A stretch of DNA of 64,000 nucleotides from an uncultured delta proteobacterium (GCA_963712115.1 CAVQGX010000027.1:1-64000); one strand, 5' to 3'; counted from the stretch's first letter, positions 8,789 through 19,244 are shown. Notes: generated by a model not told the origin, from the letters alone. Translations and numbers: made by a program.

Positions 8789-8858
8789 AAATCTAGAATC
8801 TGAAATCTTGAATCTCAAATAGTCAATACTCCAGCGCTCCACTACTCCAGTACTCCAA
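8789..8858. repeat. Short tandem-repeat arms (AAATCTN 7-mers and NACTCCAN 8-mers)
   Basis: aaatctagaatctgaaatcttgaatctcaaat, then tactccagcgctccactactccagtactccaa. Confidence 0.7.
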
Positions 8859-8931
8859 TGAACACGACCAATCTTTCGTTTGGGCGTGGCTTATTTACCT
8901 TGGCTAGTGATCTATCGTGGGAGGCAAAAGT

Positions 8932-9129
8932 ATGTATAAATTCGGAGAGACCTTACAAAAAGAAGGGTTTTTGGTACTGAACAAAGAGGGTGACTCTTAC
9001 ATGTTTAGTATAGGAGACTGCTTTGATGACGGCGAAGAAGGGGAATGCATGCCTCTTTTTTCTTTCTCTAAAAAACTGAGCAAGGAGCGAGTGGAGGAAT
9101 TAATAGAGTACTTAAAGGATAATATCTAA
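8932..9129 (+). CDS. Small acidic hypothetical protein
   Basis: RBS GGGAGG; 65-aa ORF with protein-like composition. Confidence 0.55.
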   Translation: MYKFGETLQKEGFLVLNKEGDSYMFSIGDCFDDGEEGECMPLFSFSKKLSKERVEELIEYLKDNI

Positions 9130-9175
9130 CCCGACTCTGGTTGACTCTCTCCATAGAACCAGAGAGTGTCAGCAA

Positions 9176-10711
9176 TCAAAATGTCTCCACAGAGATAATT
9201 TGCACCTGCAACCGCCCCACCAAATCGGCCAAGGGCATCAAGTCGAGAGAGGTCTCCCCTTCAACTAGCTTGATGTGAGTTCCATCTACAGGTAGCTGCC
9301 CAAGGGTCGGATCCACTGCAATCCAGCGGCCATTCAAAAGGCTCTCCGCCCAGGTGTGGTAGAGAAACCCGCCATACTCTTCGGCATAGACAATGCCGTT
9401 AACCACGCGAGTGGGGATTTTCAAGGAGCGAGCAAAAGCTGCGTAAAGGTAGGTGTGGCCCTGACATTCAGCTTTTTTGCGTGAAAGCACATCCAGAGCA
9501 GTGAATACATCCACAGGTTCCTGCTCTATGTTCTTGTCCATCCATTCCATAAGCAGTCGAATCTTTTCCAGGGGATCCGTCACCTGACCCGTTATCTCGG
9601 CCGCCGTTTTTTGAATAAGCTCGTTGTGACTTGGAACTGTCTGAGAGGGCCGAAGATGGAGGTGATCTTCTGGAGGATTTTCCATGTGAGCCTGGCTGGC
9701 CTCGTCCATTTCCGCTATGCTGATACGGCAGATTATTTTTTTGTCTCTCCGATCGCACTGCTGCATCTCGTCCGAGGGCAGTTTCAGCTCCGGATCAATC
9801 CCGGATAAAGCCACTTCCAAGAAGGTGACCTCCTCGGGTTGAGGAATTTGAATCTCAGTTTTTATCAAACTGTAATCTAGGAGTACATCTTCCTTATTTA
9901 TGGTCGCCTGGGCCAGGTATTTCTTGGCCTCATTCTCAGTTTCCAACCCTGAAATAATATATCCACCGTGAGATATTTCGAGTTGCGGTTGGCCTTGGAG
10001 GTCAATCCAAGTGGTCACTTTTTGACCAAGGAGTTCGGTTTTCATCTTAAAGGCTTTACCGGTGAAGAGATCGCTTTCTTCGAAAGCCAGGATCTTCTGG
10101 GTTACCTTGCTCAAGCTCTGGGTCTCTCCGTAATAGACTTGGTACTCGTATTGACGGCCAAGCTCCAACCCATCAAAGACAGGATAAAGACCGATTACAC
10201 TTGCGGGATAAAGTTTGCCCTCAACGACCTCAGTCTCTTTTCTGGTCTCGCCTCTCGATTTGATCTCCACCTCGAGCACGCCATTGGTGAGCTTTCCAAT
10301 CAGCTTCAATTTGTTACCGTCCAAATCGTAATCATAGACGAAATGTCTAAGAGTGAGATCATCCGCCACCCTGTCGAAAGACCTGAAATTAACCTTTTTG
10401 TCGAACATGAGGAAACGAAAGTGAAGCACCGCCTCGGATCTTATATCAAACTCCTTTTCACTATCTTCTGCAGGGGAGAGAGAAAGATGGGTGAAACCAA
10501 TCTTGGCTCCGTTAAAAACGACTCCAGACCAATACTCCTCAAAGGGCCACTCGGCCAGAGAATATTGGACCGGCTCTGGCGGCGGCTCGCTCGCCTTGCG
10601 GAAGTACATCCAAGCGCAGCCGCTTTGCATCAGCAGGAGCAAAATTAAAAGCAAATAGCAGCATCGCCCAAATTTCATTGTCTGCGCCAACCGGCAACAA
10701 GATAGTTTCAT
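9176..10711 (-). CDS. Transglutaminase-like domain lipoprotein
   Basis: Lipobox-like QSGC; catalytic triad in AECQGH...HTWAE...AVDPT. Confidence 0.88.
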   Translation of the reverse strand: MKLSCCRLAQTMKFGRCCYLLLILLLLMQSGCAWMYFRKASEPPPEPVQYSLAEWPFEEYWSGVVFNGAKIGFTHLSLSPAEDSEKEFDIRSEAVLHFRFLMFDKKVNFRSFDRVADDLTLRHFVYDYDLDGNKLKLIGKLTNGVLEVEIKSRGETRKETEVVEGKLYPASVIGLYPVFDGLELGRQYEYQVYYGETQSLSKVTQKILAFEESDLFTGKAFKMKTELLGQKVTTWIDLQGQPQLEISHGGYIISGLETENEAKKYLAQATINKEDVLLDYSLIKTEIQIPQPEEVTFLEVALSGIDPELKLPSDEMQQCDRRDKKIICRISIAEMDEASQAHMENPPEDHLHLRPSQTVPSHNELIQKTAAEITGQVTDPLEKIRLLMEWMDKNIEQEPVDVFTALDVLSRKKAECQGHTYLYAAFARSLKIPTRVVNGIVYAEEYGGFLYHTWAESLLNGRWIAVDPTLGQLPVDGTHIKLVEGETSLDLMPLADLVGRLQVQIISVETF

Positions 10712-10898
10712 TTTTCCACCAGCTATATACTCAACTTCGGTCTAACCCAATATTTAAGCTATTCTAGTCTGTTTTGGCTTATTATTCTATTTCTTCTTGC
10801 CTTAAGACCTCCCCTTGTCCTAAGGTAGCCGCAGGATCAATGGCCAACAGATGACCATCCAAGCAAATTCCGGATGAACCTTAAAAAAGGGAGAACCC

Positions 10899-11198
10899 AT
10901 GAGTTTACTCATTGATTTTTCCATGTTTCCTCTGGACAAGGGCGAGAGCGTCAGCCCATACGTGGCGCGGGTGGTGAGAGTAATCCGAGAAAGCGGACTG
11001 CCACACAAGCTCGGACCCATGGGCACCAGCATCGAGGGGGAATGGCGCCAGGTTATGGCTGTAGTGGCCCACTGCTTTGAAGAATTGAGCAAGGACTGTG
11101 ACAGGGTGTATTTTGCCATAAAGGGTGACTACAGGAAAAAAGGTAAGGACCGAATCACGGCCAAGGTAGAGTCGGTGGAAGAGAAATTGAAGATTTGA
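10899..11198 (+). CDS. MTH1187 family thiamine-binding protein
   Basis: FSMFPLDKGESVSPYVA...GPMGTSIEGEW pattern. Confidence 0.9.
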   Translation: MSLLIDFSMFPLDKGESVSPYVARVVRVIRESGLPHKLGPMGTSIEGEWRQVMAVVAHCFEELSKDCDRVYFAIKGDYRKKGKDRITAKVESVEEKLKI

Positions 11199-11202
11199 GA
11201 GG

Positions 11203-11525
11203 GCATAGAGCATAGAGCATGGAGCATAGGGTAAAAAGACAGAGATCAGAGGTCAGAAGTCAGAGGTCAGAAGACAGAGGACGACATACAGCAAGTAATA
11301 TCAACTCTACTATATTCTGTAGGAGCAAGCTTTGCTTGCGATTTGAAGGCTTATATCTATTTCAGTAAATGACAGCGAAGCGTACTGACGCCGAAGGCAT
11401 ATGACGGCGCAGCCAAGTGACCAAATCCCCGTGCGCCTCTCTGGCTACTGGATTTCTTGATTGCGGATTGCGCCCGCCCGCCTCGCCTTGCTCGCATGGC
11501 GGGCGGGGATTTGGGATTGCGGACT
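11203..11525. repeat. Intergenic repeat cluster
   Basis: GAGCATA and AGAGGTC 7-mers, a GTAGGAGC REP-like hairpin (about 11318-11341), TGAC-hairpin units (11367-11425), and GCGGATT 7-mers with a nested GC hairpin. Confidence 0.8.
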
Positions 11526-11559
11526 GAAGCTTCTAGCAGGGTGAAAAGGGGGAGTGAGC

Positions 11560-12132
11560 ATGAAAATGGTTTGTCTACTTGGTAGCCCGAGACCTAAAGG
11601 AAACAGCGCAGCCATGGCCAGCAAATTTTGCGAGACCGCCGAGGGTTTAGGTGCTGAAGTTACGACCTTTGCCTTAAACAAGCTGAAATACCGCGGCTGC
11701 CAGGCGTGTATGACCTGCAAAACCAAACTGGAAAAATGCGTGCTCAAGGACGACCTGGCGGAGGTTTTGGACGCTATCCGCCATGCCGAGATTCTGGTGT
11801 TGGCCACTCCCATCTATTTCGCCGAGATCTCCAGTCAACTCAAGGCTTTCATTGACCGAACCTTCTCATATCTGGTACCCGATTACCCGACCAACCCCAG
11901 CCCATGCAGACTCTCCCCGGGCAAGAAACTGGTGTTCATCGAGGCTCAGGGGCACCCTGACGAGAGTCTATTTGCAGACGTATTTCCCAGGTACGACTCC
12001 ATTTTCAAATGGTATGGATTCAGCGACAGTTATCAGATCCGTGCCTGTGGGGTATTTAACAAGGGCGACGTGGAGAGCCGAGAGGACATGATGAAATTGG
12101 CCGAAGAAACAGCCAGGAAAATCATGGCTTAA
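11560..12132 (+). CDS. Flavodoxin-family iron-sulfur flavoprotein (NADPH-dependent FMN reductase fold)
   Basis: GSPRPKGNS, CQACMTC...C, ATPIYF, LKAFIDR. Confidence 0.92.
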   Translation: MKMVCLLGSPRPKGNSAAMASKFCETAEGLGAEVTTFALNKLKYRGCQACMTCKTKLEKCVLKDDLAEVLDAIRHAEILVLATPIYFAEISSQLKAFIDRTFSYLVPDYPTNPSPCRLSPGKKLVFIEAQGHPDESLFADVFPRYDSIFKWYGFSDSYQIRACGVFNKGDVESREDMMKLAEETARKIMA

Positions 12133-12278
12133 GTGTGGCGAGATGTTCTGATCTGCTTCGTGCTTCGTCTTTTTAATCTCACTTCGTTGTGGATTGTCTT
12201 AGATGCATACTGCTTAGTGCTTAGTCCCTAGTGCCTAGTTACTTCTATCTGCTGCCCGCTGCCTCCTGCCAGCTGACC

Positions 12279-12951
12279 TTAGCTCCTTTCCCAAAAGGCG
12301 AAAAGTACCAGTAACAGCAGAGCCCCGACCATCAAAGCGCACTCCCATAAAGTAAGATTATATTGTCTTCGTAAAGACCTGCCCTTGCGTCCGAATCCTC
12401 GCGATTCCATAGCCAAGGCAAGTTCGTCAGACAGGACGAAAGATTGAGCCAACAAGGGCATGAGCAATGCCAAGAAATTGCCGACATTTCTTAGTCTTGG
12501 CCTGAGATCGATTCCCCTGGAACTTTGAGCATCGATAATGTTGCGGATTTTCTGCCTTATCAAGGGCACGTAGCGCATGGCGGTGGTCAATATAAACGCG
12601 AAAGCCGTAAGGTATCCCTAATTTATTAAGAGTAGCACCCATTTCCTCTGGACTGACGGTTCGAAAAAAGACAAAAGATACGGTCAAGAGATTAAACAGC
12701 CGTATGGCAAGCAGCAAAGCCACCTGGAGGTTAAAGGAAAAAAAAGCGATGACAAAGACCAGCCCGAGCATTGGCCAGAAGTAACGAAAGGAATGGGCCC
12801 AATCCTTTCCCATCCTGAGCAGCGGCAGAGCAGCCAATAGAATAATTGACTCTAAGATGAGCGTTTCCGGCTCCCGGGCAACAAAGACCGCTGCTATTGC
12901 CATCAACCCCAGGGCGAGTCTTGTTCTCGGATCCAAACGTTTCAATTTCAT
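12279..12951 (-). CDS. ecfT: ECF transporter transmembrane T component (apparent +1 frameshift near 12601)
   Basis: LDPRTRL start; AQSSRG and AMESRGF motifs split over two overlapping ORFs. Confidence 0.88.
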
Positions 12952-13042
12952 CCTCTACCTCAAGCCATCTCTTGCCAAGTAATGCAAGCGGGGTATTTCA
13001 CCACAGAGGACACTGAGACCACAGAGCAGCAATACTGACTGA

Positions 13043-13196
13043 AAATTCGAAATCCTAAGCACGAAGCACGAAACAAATCCTAAATTCAAATTCTCCAATG
13101 TCGGAAACAAAGTCGAATAAATGAGTAGAGGTTTTGGTCATTAGGATTTTAAAAATTTGAATTTGTTTCGGATTTAGATATTCGGATTTCGGATTT
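13043..13196. repeat. ~155-bp palindromic element, copy 1
   Basis: aaattcgaaatcctaagcacgaa...tttcggatttagatattcggatttcggattt; other copies at 19089 and 23800. Confidence 0.9.
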
Positions 13197-13250
13197 ATCT
13201 TCAGGTTTCTCCTTCCGAGTTGTAGGTGCTTAGTGCATAGTTCCTAGTTC

Positions 13251-14729
13251 CTAGTAAGCGGAGTCGGGCGGCGGCAAGGCGCCCAGTTGAATCAATCCTT
13301 TATCGCCCCATAGATCTTCAGGTGATCCGTCGGCAACTACTCGACCATCATGCAGGACTATCCACCTGTCAGTGATGGCCTGGGCAAACTCCAAATCGTG
13401 AGTGGCAATCAAGAGAGTGAAGTCGAGATTCTCGAGTTCAGCCAGAAGGGTGGCCAGAGACTCTCGAAAGCGTCCGTCCTGTCCTGAGGTCGGCTCATCC
13501 AGGACAAGAAGTTGTGGTCGCATGGACAGAATTGAGGCAAGGGATACTCGCTTCTTCTCCCCCTCGCTGAGGCGGTAAGGTGATCTATTGAGGAGCCCGT
13601 GAAGATCAAAAACGTTCCACATCTCCTTTATCCACTCGTGGCGTAATTTGCCTATCTTTCTGGGCCCTACCAAGACCTCATCTTTTACCCGGTACTTGAA
13701 AAACTGATCGTTAGGATTCTGGAATGAGAGCCCCACCTGGGCTGCCATCTCAGAGGGAGATTTACCCCGGATGTCTTCCCCCATAAATGTGATTTTTCCC
13801 GCCGAGGGCCTCAGCAGGCCATTTAAGTGTTTGAGCAGAGTGGTTTTTCCCGAGCCATTTCTTCCGATGAGGGCAACATTTTCCCCTTTTCTAAGATCAA
13901 AAGATACACCGGTGAGGATTTCGTTTTCCCCAATCCGGAATGAAAGGTCTCGAGCACTGAGAACCGTTTCCTTTCCTGGTGGCTTGTTTTCTCTTCTGGA
14001 GTACTGAGGCAGGAGACGCACTCTGGAAAGGGCCTCGTGAACGTGCTGCGGGATCCCCTGGTACAGAACCTTCCCCTGATCCAGGATGAGACAGCCAGTG
14101 GTGTCCTTAAGTAAATTCCCCAATAGTTGTTCTATAACTATGACTGTCTTGCCAGTTTGGTTGATCTCCAAGAGGGTTTGGCGAACTTTTTTGCTGGCGG
14201 CCCAATCAAGGTCGCCATAAGGTTCATCAAGGAGGAGGACAGATGGGTTCAGACAGAGCACCGAGGCTATGGCCACAAGACGCTTCTCACCTCCCGAAAG
14301 AGTCATAGGGGATCGACTGAGAAGATCCTTGAGCCCCAGAGTAATGGAGATTTCCCGGATACGCTCGGCAATCTCCGGTCCTGGCACCCCCAGGCTTTCC
14401 AAACCAAAAGCAATTTCGTCTTCCACCGTGCTGTTGAATAGTTGGGCATCGGCGTTTTGCAGCACAAGACCCACCTGAGCGAAGAGGTCGGAAACCTTGT
14501 GCTCTAGAGTATTTAGGCCAGCAACCGTAACCGCGCCCTGGAGAATGCCGCCGAAGTGGTGGGGAATGAGACCGTTGAACATATAGCCAAGGGTGGATTT
14601 TCCAGAGCCATTGCCACCTCCAATGAGGACATACTCACCATGGTCCACTGAGAGACCGACTCCCTTCAGTACCCACCCGCTCCTAGGGTAACGGTATTTT
14701 ATGTCGCTCAAACGAATCACGGCTCCCAA
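13251..14729 (-). CDS. ECF transporter fused dual ATPase
   Basis: Two Walker A motifs (GGNGSGKS, GRNGSGKT), LSGGEK/LSEGEK signatures, two LDEP. Confidence 0.95.
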   Translation of the reverse strand: MGAVIRLSDIKYRYPRSGWVLKGVGLSVDHGEYVLIGGGNGSGKSTLGYMFNGLIPHHFGGILQGAVTVAGLNTLEHKVSDLFAQVGLVLQNADAQLFNSTVEDEIAFGLESLGVPGPEIAERIREISITLGLKDLLSRSPMTLSGGEKRLVAIASVLCLNPSVLLLDEPYGDLDWAASKKVRQTLLEINQTGKTVIVIEQLLGNLLKDTTGCLILDQGKVLYQGIPQHVHEALSRVRLLPQYSRRENKPPGKETVLSARDLSFRIGENEILTGVSFDLRKGENVALIGRNGSGKTTLLKHLNGLLRPSAGKITFMGEDIRGKSPSEMAAQVGLSFQNPNDQFFKYRVKDEVLVGPRKIGKLRHEWIKEMWNVFDLHGLLNRSPYRLSEGEKKRVSLASILSMRPQLLVLDEPTSGQDGRFRESLATLLAELENLDFTLLIATHDLEFAQAITDRWIVLHDGRVVADGSPEDLWGDKGLIQLGALPPPDSAY

Positions 14730-15205
14730 ATCCCCCCTTTGCGGAGAAGATGCAAGGCCATGACCCCAATAATAGTACCGCCAATAGTGCTCACACTGAA
14801 GGCTACCATCAAGGTGGCAACGGCAACAGTCTTACCCATGAAAAGAGGAGCTACAATCCAGACGCTGGCAAGGGAACCTAATATCCCGGTGCCTACTATC
14901 TCCCCCAACCCGGCTAGATAGATGTTTTTGGATAACCTGTAGGCAAGGCCTGCCAACAAGGCACCAAGCATTCCACCAGGAAAGGCCAGAATAGTCCCGA
15001 GACCAAGAATATTTCTAATTATGGCGGCGATAGTAGCGATAGCCACGGCGTAGCCCGGTCCCAGCATCACCGCGCCGAGGACATTTACCATGTGCTGGGC
15101 AGGAAAACACTTTGAAATGCCCACGGGGATAAAAAAGGGGGACAAGGCCACTGCAATAGCCACCAAGATCACTGCCCGGGCTACGTCTTTTGTTTTCATG
15201 GCCAT
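14717..15205 (-). CDS. thiW: ECF S component ThiW (thiazole precursor)
   Basis: KCFPAQHMVNVLGAVMLGP...LAFPGGM...GEIVGTG pattern. Confidence 0.88.
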   Translation of the reverse strand: MAMKTKDVARAVILVAIAVALSPFFIPVGISKCFPAQHMVNVLGAVMLGPGYAVAIATIAAIIRNILGLGTILAFPGGMLGALLAGLAYRLSKNIYLAGLGEIVGTGILGSLASVWIVAPLFMGKTVAVATLMVAFSVSTIGGTIIGVMALHLLRKGGIWEP

Positions 15206-15289
15206 TTCTCCTTGTCTTTGCCCGTAGAGAATAACTTGGGCCGCCTCACAATCAGGCTATCATAATACATTAAATCAGTGTAGTAGTGA

Positions 15290-15381
15290 GGTCACAGCTT
15301 CATTTATCATTTATAATGCTATTCTCCAACTTTTGAAATGATTCTTAACCCTAGGGTTAGATGATAAATGAAAATGTGACC
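15290..15381. repeat. 92-bp MITE-like inverted repeat
   Basis: 21-bp arms GGTCACAGCTTCATTTATCAT / ATGATAAATGAAAATGTGACC (19/21 complementary). Confidence 0.7.
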
Positions 15382-15445
15382 CCATTTGCCCAATGGAAAG
15401 GTTGGCATAATTTGTGTTATAAAATTTGCAATTCTGAAAAAATAT

Positions 15446-15476
15446 CTAGCCCGGTTTCATGAAACATCCGGGCTAG
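15446..15476. mobile_element. Empty TIR pair flanked by CTAG
   Basis: ctag-CCCGGTTTCATGAAACATCCGGG-ctag; the right 17 bp recur exactly at 44779-44795. Confidence 0.55.
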
Positions 15477-15524
15477 CCCAACCCGGAGTTGATAGCACGT
15501 TTTGATCTGAAAGAGGTGAATCTC

Positions 15525-16676
15525 GTGAAGTGGAAGTCCTTACTCTTGCTGGCTGCAGTTATTTTTTCTTTTTCAAAGGCTCATGCGGACCCCTTTGAGC
15601 CTTCCGGTTTTCCCCCACTCCTAACATCGCTCAAGTTAGCCGCGCCTATTGATTTTTGTGGAGAGGAAGTACCCATTGGAGAGCAGCAGGTGAGAGAGCG
15701 ACTTGAAAAAGAGCTCCTTCTTGCCCTGTGGAACAGGCCCCAGGTCATTCTCTGGCTAAAGCGTTCAAGACGATATCTGCCCCACATCGAAGAGATTCTG
15801 AGAAATGAGGGGATGCCGGAGGATTTGAAATATGTTGCTCTCGCTGAGAGCGCCCTGAGACCGCACGCCCACTCAAGAAAAGGAGCGGTGGGGTTTTGGC
15901 AGTTTATTAGTTACACCGGACAGAAATACGGTTTAGTTATAAATAACCGTATCGATGAGAGGCGGAACATTTTCGCTTCAACCAGGGCAGCAATTAGATA
16001 TTTGAAGGATCTCCACGATATTTTTGGCTCATGGGCTCTGGCAGCCGCTGCTTACAATATGGGGGAGGAAGGGCTCATGGCCGAAATTCTAGAGCAGGGG
16101 AACAACGACTATTATAACCTTCATCTTCCCCTGGAAACCCAACGGTATATCTTAAGGATTATAGCAATAAAGTTAATTTTAGAGGATCCGGCCAAATATG
16201 GCTTCTATCTTGTTGAGGAGGACTACTACCCCCCCTTCCACTTTGATCAGGTTAGCATTGAATGTGCCGACGAGACTCCAATTCGGATTGTTGCCAAGGC
16301 AGCCAAAACGACTTTCAAAGCTATAAAGGAATTGAATCCCGAAATCAGAGGACACTATCTGGCTGAAGGAAGCTACACCATACTGATTCCCAAGGGCGAC
16401 TCAGAGGATTTTCAGACTCGATATAGGAGTCTCATAAAACAGTGGTCCTCGAACCAACAGGAGCGAATTTATTTTGTCAAAGAAGGCGACAACCTTACCG
16501 CCATTGCCGAGCGATTTGGTGTACCCTTGGCCTCTCTTATCATTTGGAATAGACTGAACCCCAGAGCGACCATCCATCCAGGCGACCGGCTCGTCATCTA
16601 CCCCCAAAAACCTGTGTATGTAGATATTGACAGCGAAAACAACGATAACAACGGATCTGCTCTCAACAGCGAGTAA
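15525..16676 (+). CDS. mltD: MltD-like lytic transglycosylase with LysM domain
   Basis: AESAL catalytic Glu, GFWQF, AAYNMG, ETQRY, C-terminal LysM. Confidence 0.9.
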   Translation: MKWKSLLLLAAVIFSFSKAHADPFEPSGFPPLLTSLKLAAPIDFCGEEVPIGEQQVRERLEKELLLALWNRPQVILWLKRSRRYLPHIEEILRNEGMPEDLKYVALAESALRPHAHSRKGAVGFWQFISYTGQKYGLVINNRIDERRNIFASTRAAIRYLKDLHDIFGSWALAAAAYNMGEEGLMAEILEQGNNDYYNLHLPLETQRYILRIIAIKLILEDPAKYGFYLVEEDYYPPFHFDQVSIECADETPIRIVAKAAKTTFKAIKELNPEIRGHYLAEGSYTILIPKGDSEDFQTRYRSLIKQWSSNQQERIYFVKEGDNLTAIAERFGVPLASLIIWNRLNPRATIHPGDRLVIYPQKPVYVDIDSENNDNNGSALNSE

Positions 16677-16701
16677 TCGCCCTGGCCTGCCAACGACTTA
16701 C

Positions 16702-16802
16702 ATTGCAGATTGCAGAATGCAGATTTTAGATTTTGGATTCGTTATTTCACTTTCTCTGCGTCGCCCCTAAATCTCCAATCTGCAATCTAAAATCTTAAAT
16801 CT
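16702..16802. repeat. Heptamer-armed palindromic element (GCAGATT)n...(AATCTGC)n
   Basis: attgcagattgcagaatgcagattttagattttgga ... aaatctccaatctgcaatctaaaatcttaaat. Confidence 0.8.
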
Positions 16803-16848
16803 CCCTATCTCATAGGTCGCATGAAAGTTGCATTAAGCTTGCCTACTT

Positions 16849-17898
16849 ATGGCAAAGATCCGGGCTATAGAACAAGGACCTTTATTTCCTGTTAAACGAT
16901 TAATGACGGCGCAAAAACAGCTCACATTCTGGATCTCGAGCCTGGCCCTGTTTCTCATTCTAAGCGCAAGTGGCTGGGCAACGGAAATCCCGGCGGCGGA
17001 TTATCGCTCCAGGATCAAAGACTATGTTGCACTCTTGGAACAGGGAGAGGGTGAACTGCAGTCTGAGGAAAATAATTGGTTCAACCAGAGGTTTCCCCCC
17101 GATCTAGTGGTCCAGGATGTTACGGGAGAGGGCTATCTCATTGATCTCGAAGATTTTTTGCGCTGGATTCAAGATGCTGAAGATAGCCCAGAGGGTAGGG
17201 ATGGGCTTGTCGCTTATCAAAAGGCTCTATTGAGTCAGATTTCCTGGGAAGCCAAAGGGACATTTCAGGAAAAAGGTGGCTGGGAGGAGTGCAGAACCCT
17301 TCTGGACCAGATATACAGCGGCAAAGAGTTCAGCAAGCTTGCCAAGAAAAGGACTCCAGCTTGGCAAAAATACCTGAAGGAATTTTTTGCTGTCTTGGGA
17401 AAATGGCTTGAGGAGCACTTGAAGTTTCTGGGAGGAATCCAGGGAGAATGGATTTTCTTTGCCACTTACGCGACTCTGCTCGTGCTGGCGACCATTCTCA
17501 TCATCTGGATAATGCGCTTGTTCGGTCCGGTGGGTTGGCGCTGGCGACAGCACGGGGAGGCCTTAACTACCTCGATCCAATCATCCTCCGAACAAGGCTG
17601 GAGGGAATGGCGGGAGGAGGCTGACAAGAAGGCTCAACAAGGGGCTTTCCGGGAAGCCATTAGATTTTTGTTTATTTCGGTTTTGGTGGAAGGCCAGCAA
17701 AAGGGATGGTGGATCTATGAGCCAGAGGCCACCAACAGAGAACATCTCGCCCGAGTTGAAGCCACCAGCGACAGGCGTGAACCACTCCAAAGATTGATCG
17801 AAAGCTACGAGCTGGCGTGGTATGGGTTGAGGCAGCCGGGTCGGCAAGAGTTCCAAGACTGCGAACACTGGGCTCAGCGCATGGAGGCCCTGGCATGA
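16849..17898 (+). CDS. DUF4129 domain membrane protein
   Basis: GAFREAIRFLF...TNREH...YELAWYG pattern; first gene of the MoxR cluster. Confidence 0.82.
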   Translation: MAKIRAIEQGPLFPVKRLMTAQKQLTFWISSLALFLILSASGWATEIPAADYRSRIKDYVALLEQGEGELQSEENNWFNQRFPPDLVVQDVTGEGYLIDLEDFLRWIQDAEDSPEGRDGLVAYQKALLSQISWEAKGTFQEKGGWEECRTLLDQIYSGKEFSKLAKKRTPAWQKYLKEFFAVLGKWLEEHLKFLGGIQGEWIFFATYATLLVLATILIIWIMRLFGPVGWRWRQHGEALTTSIQSSSEQGWREWREEADKKAQQGAFREAIRFLFISVLVEGQQKGWWIYEPEATNREHLARVEATSDRREPLQRLIESYELAWYGLRQPGRQEFQDCEHWAQRMEALA

Positions 17899-19040
17899 GC
17901 AGCGGGGGAAGTAACAAGTGGTGGAAAGTGGGGGGCCTGGGGGTTTTACTTTTCTTCGCTGCCTACGGACTAGTGGCTTTGGAGTCCAGGGAAATAAGCA
18001 AAAAACATGAGCGGAGAACTACATACAGCGCGGCAGCTGGAGGATACAAAGCACTTTATCTCTGGCTTGATGAATTGAACCTGCCAGTTAGAAGATGGGA
18101 AAGAACACTCAACGACCTTCCTGTAGAAGCATCGGTGCTGGTGATGGCAGAGCCCGAACTCGGTCCAAGCAAAGGGGAACTGAAATCGCTCAAAGAATGG
18201 ATTGCCAAAGGAGGGACTTTTGTTCTCATAGCCAGGCAGCCAAATTTGTTCTGGTTGGAAATGGGGTTTGAGTTGGAACCGGTGCTTGTTATGCAGCACT
18301 TGCAGGATACACTAGAGCCCTTGCGGTTCCAACCAGGACCTTACACTCGAGGGATTAGGACCCTCAACTACAGTGGCCATCCTCGCCTCAGTTCGTCACG
18401 CCCCCAAGGAATTGTTCATGTCAGGAGCGCTGGAGGCGGACTCCTTATGGTTTTGGATGAGGGCAAAGGAAGGGTGATAGGTCTTTCCGATCCCAGTCTA
18501 TTCTCTAACGTATCGCTGCGAGATGGCGACCACGCTCGGCTGTCCCTTAATCTATTGCTGTCCCATCGTGGAAATGGGGAATTGCTCATCGATGAATACC
18601 ACCATGGGTATGGACGGGCAACCTCGGTGCTGGAGCATCTCTTCAGCTCAAGAGCTCTAATACCTTTGCTGCAGGGAATGTTCATTCTCCTTGTACTGTG
18701 GGCCGGCAAAGGAAGGCGTTTTGGCCCTCCAAGACAACTACTACAAGAGGAGCGGAGTTCCTCTCTTGAGTATGTGAGGGCAATGGCGCAGCTGTACCAG
18801 AGGGCGAAGGTTCGACCACTGGCTTTAAAGGCTGTGGTGAGTTGGATTGAAGAGGAAGCCAAAAATATCCTGGTCCACAGGGACCGCAACCTTCAAAATA
18901 GATTATTAGCTGCAAGACAACACCTTGAAATAGAGGACACCACAGAAAAAGAGCTTCTAAATATCTCCCGCGGGCTCTACTTGGCCTTGGAGGAGGCTCG
19001 CAGGAGAGCAGTTGTTAACACACTAGGCACTAGGGACTAA
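17895..19040 (+). CDS. DUF4350 domain protein
   Basis: TTYSAAAGGYKALY, LFSN, DEYHHGY, GRRFGPP, EYVRAMAQLY; ATGA overlap with the upstream gene. Confidence 0.82.
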   Translation: MSSGGSNKWWKVGGLGVLLFFAAYGLVALESREISKKHERRTTYSAAAGGYKALYLWLDELNLPVRRWERTLNDLPVEASVLVMAEPELGPSKGELKSLKEWIAKGGTFVLIARQPNLFWLEMGFELEPVLVMQHLQDTLEPLRFQPGPYTRGIRTLNYSGHPRLSSSRPQGIVHVRSAGGGLLMVLDEGKGRVIGLSDPSLFSNVSLRDGDHARLSLNLLLSHRGNGELLIDEYHHGYGRATSVLEHLFSSRALIPLLQGMFILLVLWAGKGRRFGPPRQLLQEERSSSLEYVRAMAQLYQRAKVRPLALKAVVSWIEEEAKNILVHRDRNLQNRLLAARQHLEIEDTTEKELLNISRGLYLALEEARRRAVVNTLGTRD

Positions 19041-19088
19041 GCACCAAGCACCACAACTGGGAACGGGGAACGGGGAACGCGGGATATC

Positions 19089-19244
19089 AAATTCGAAATC
19101 CTAAGCACGAAGCACGAAACAAATCCCAAATTCTAATGTTCCAATGCTCCAAACAAAAACCTGGAATTCGTAATAGCAAGTTTTGGTCATTGGGGTTTGA
19201 AAATTTGAATTTGTTTCGGATTTAGATATTTGGATTTAGGATTT
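19089..19244. repeat. ~155-bp palindromic element, copy 2 (nested in CACTAGG-type arms 19021-19302)
   Basis: Near-identical to 23800-23956. Confidence 0.9.

Noticed and set aside
15206-15450. TPP riboswitch upstream of thiW (also checked upstream of the gene at 10899)
   Set aside because: No CTGAGA-containing aptamer or other conserved TPP motifs were seen on the relevant strand.
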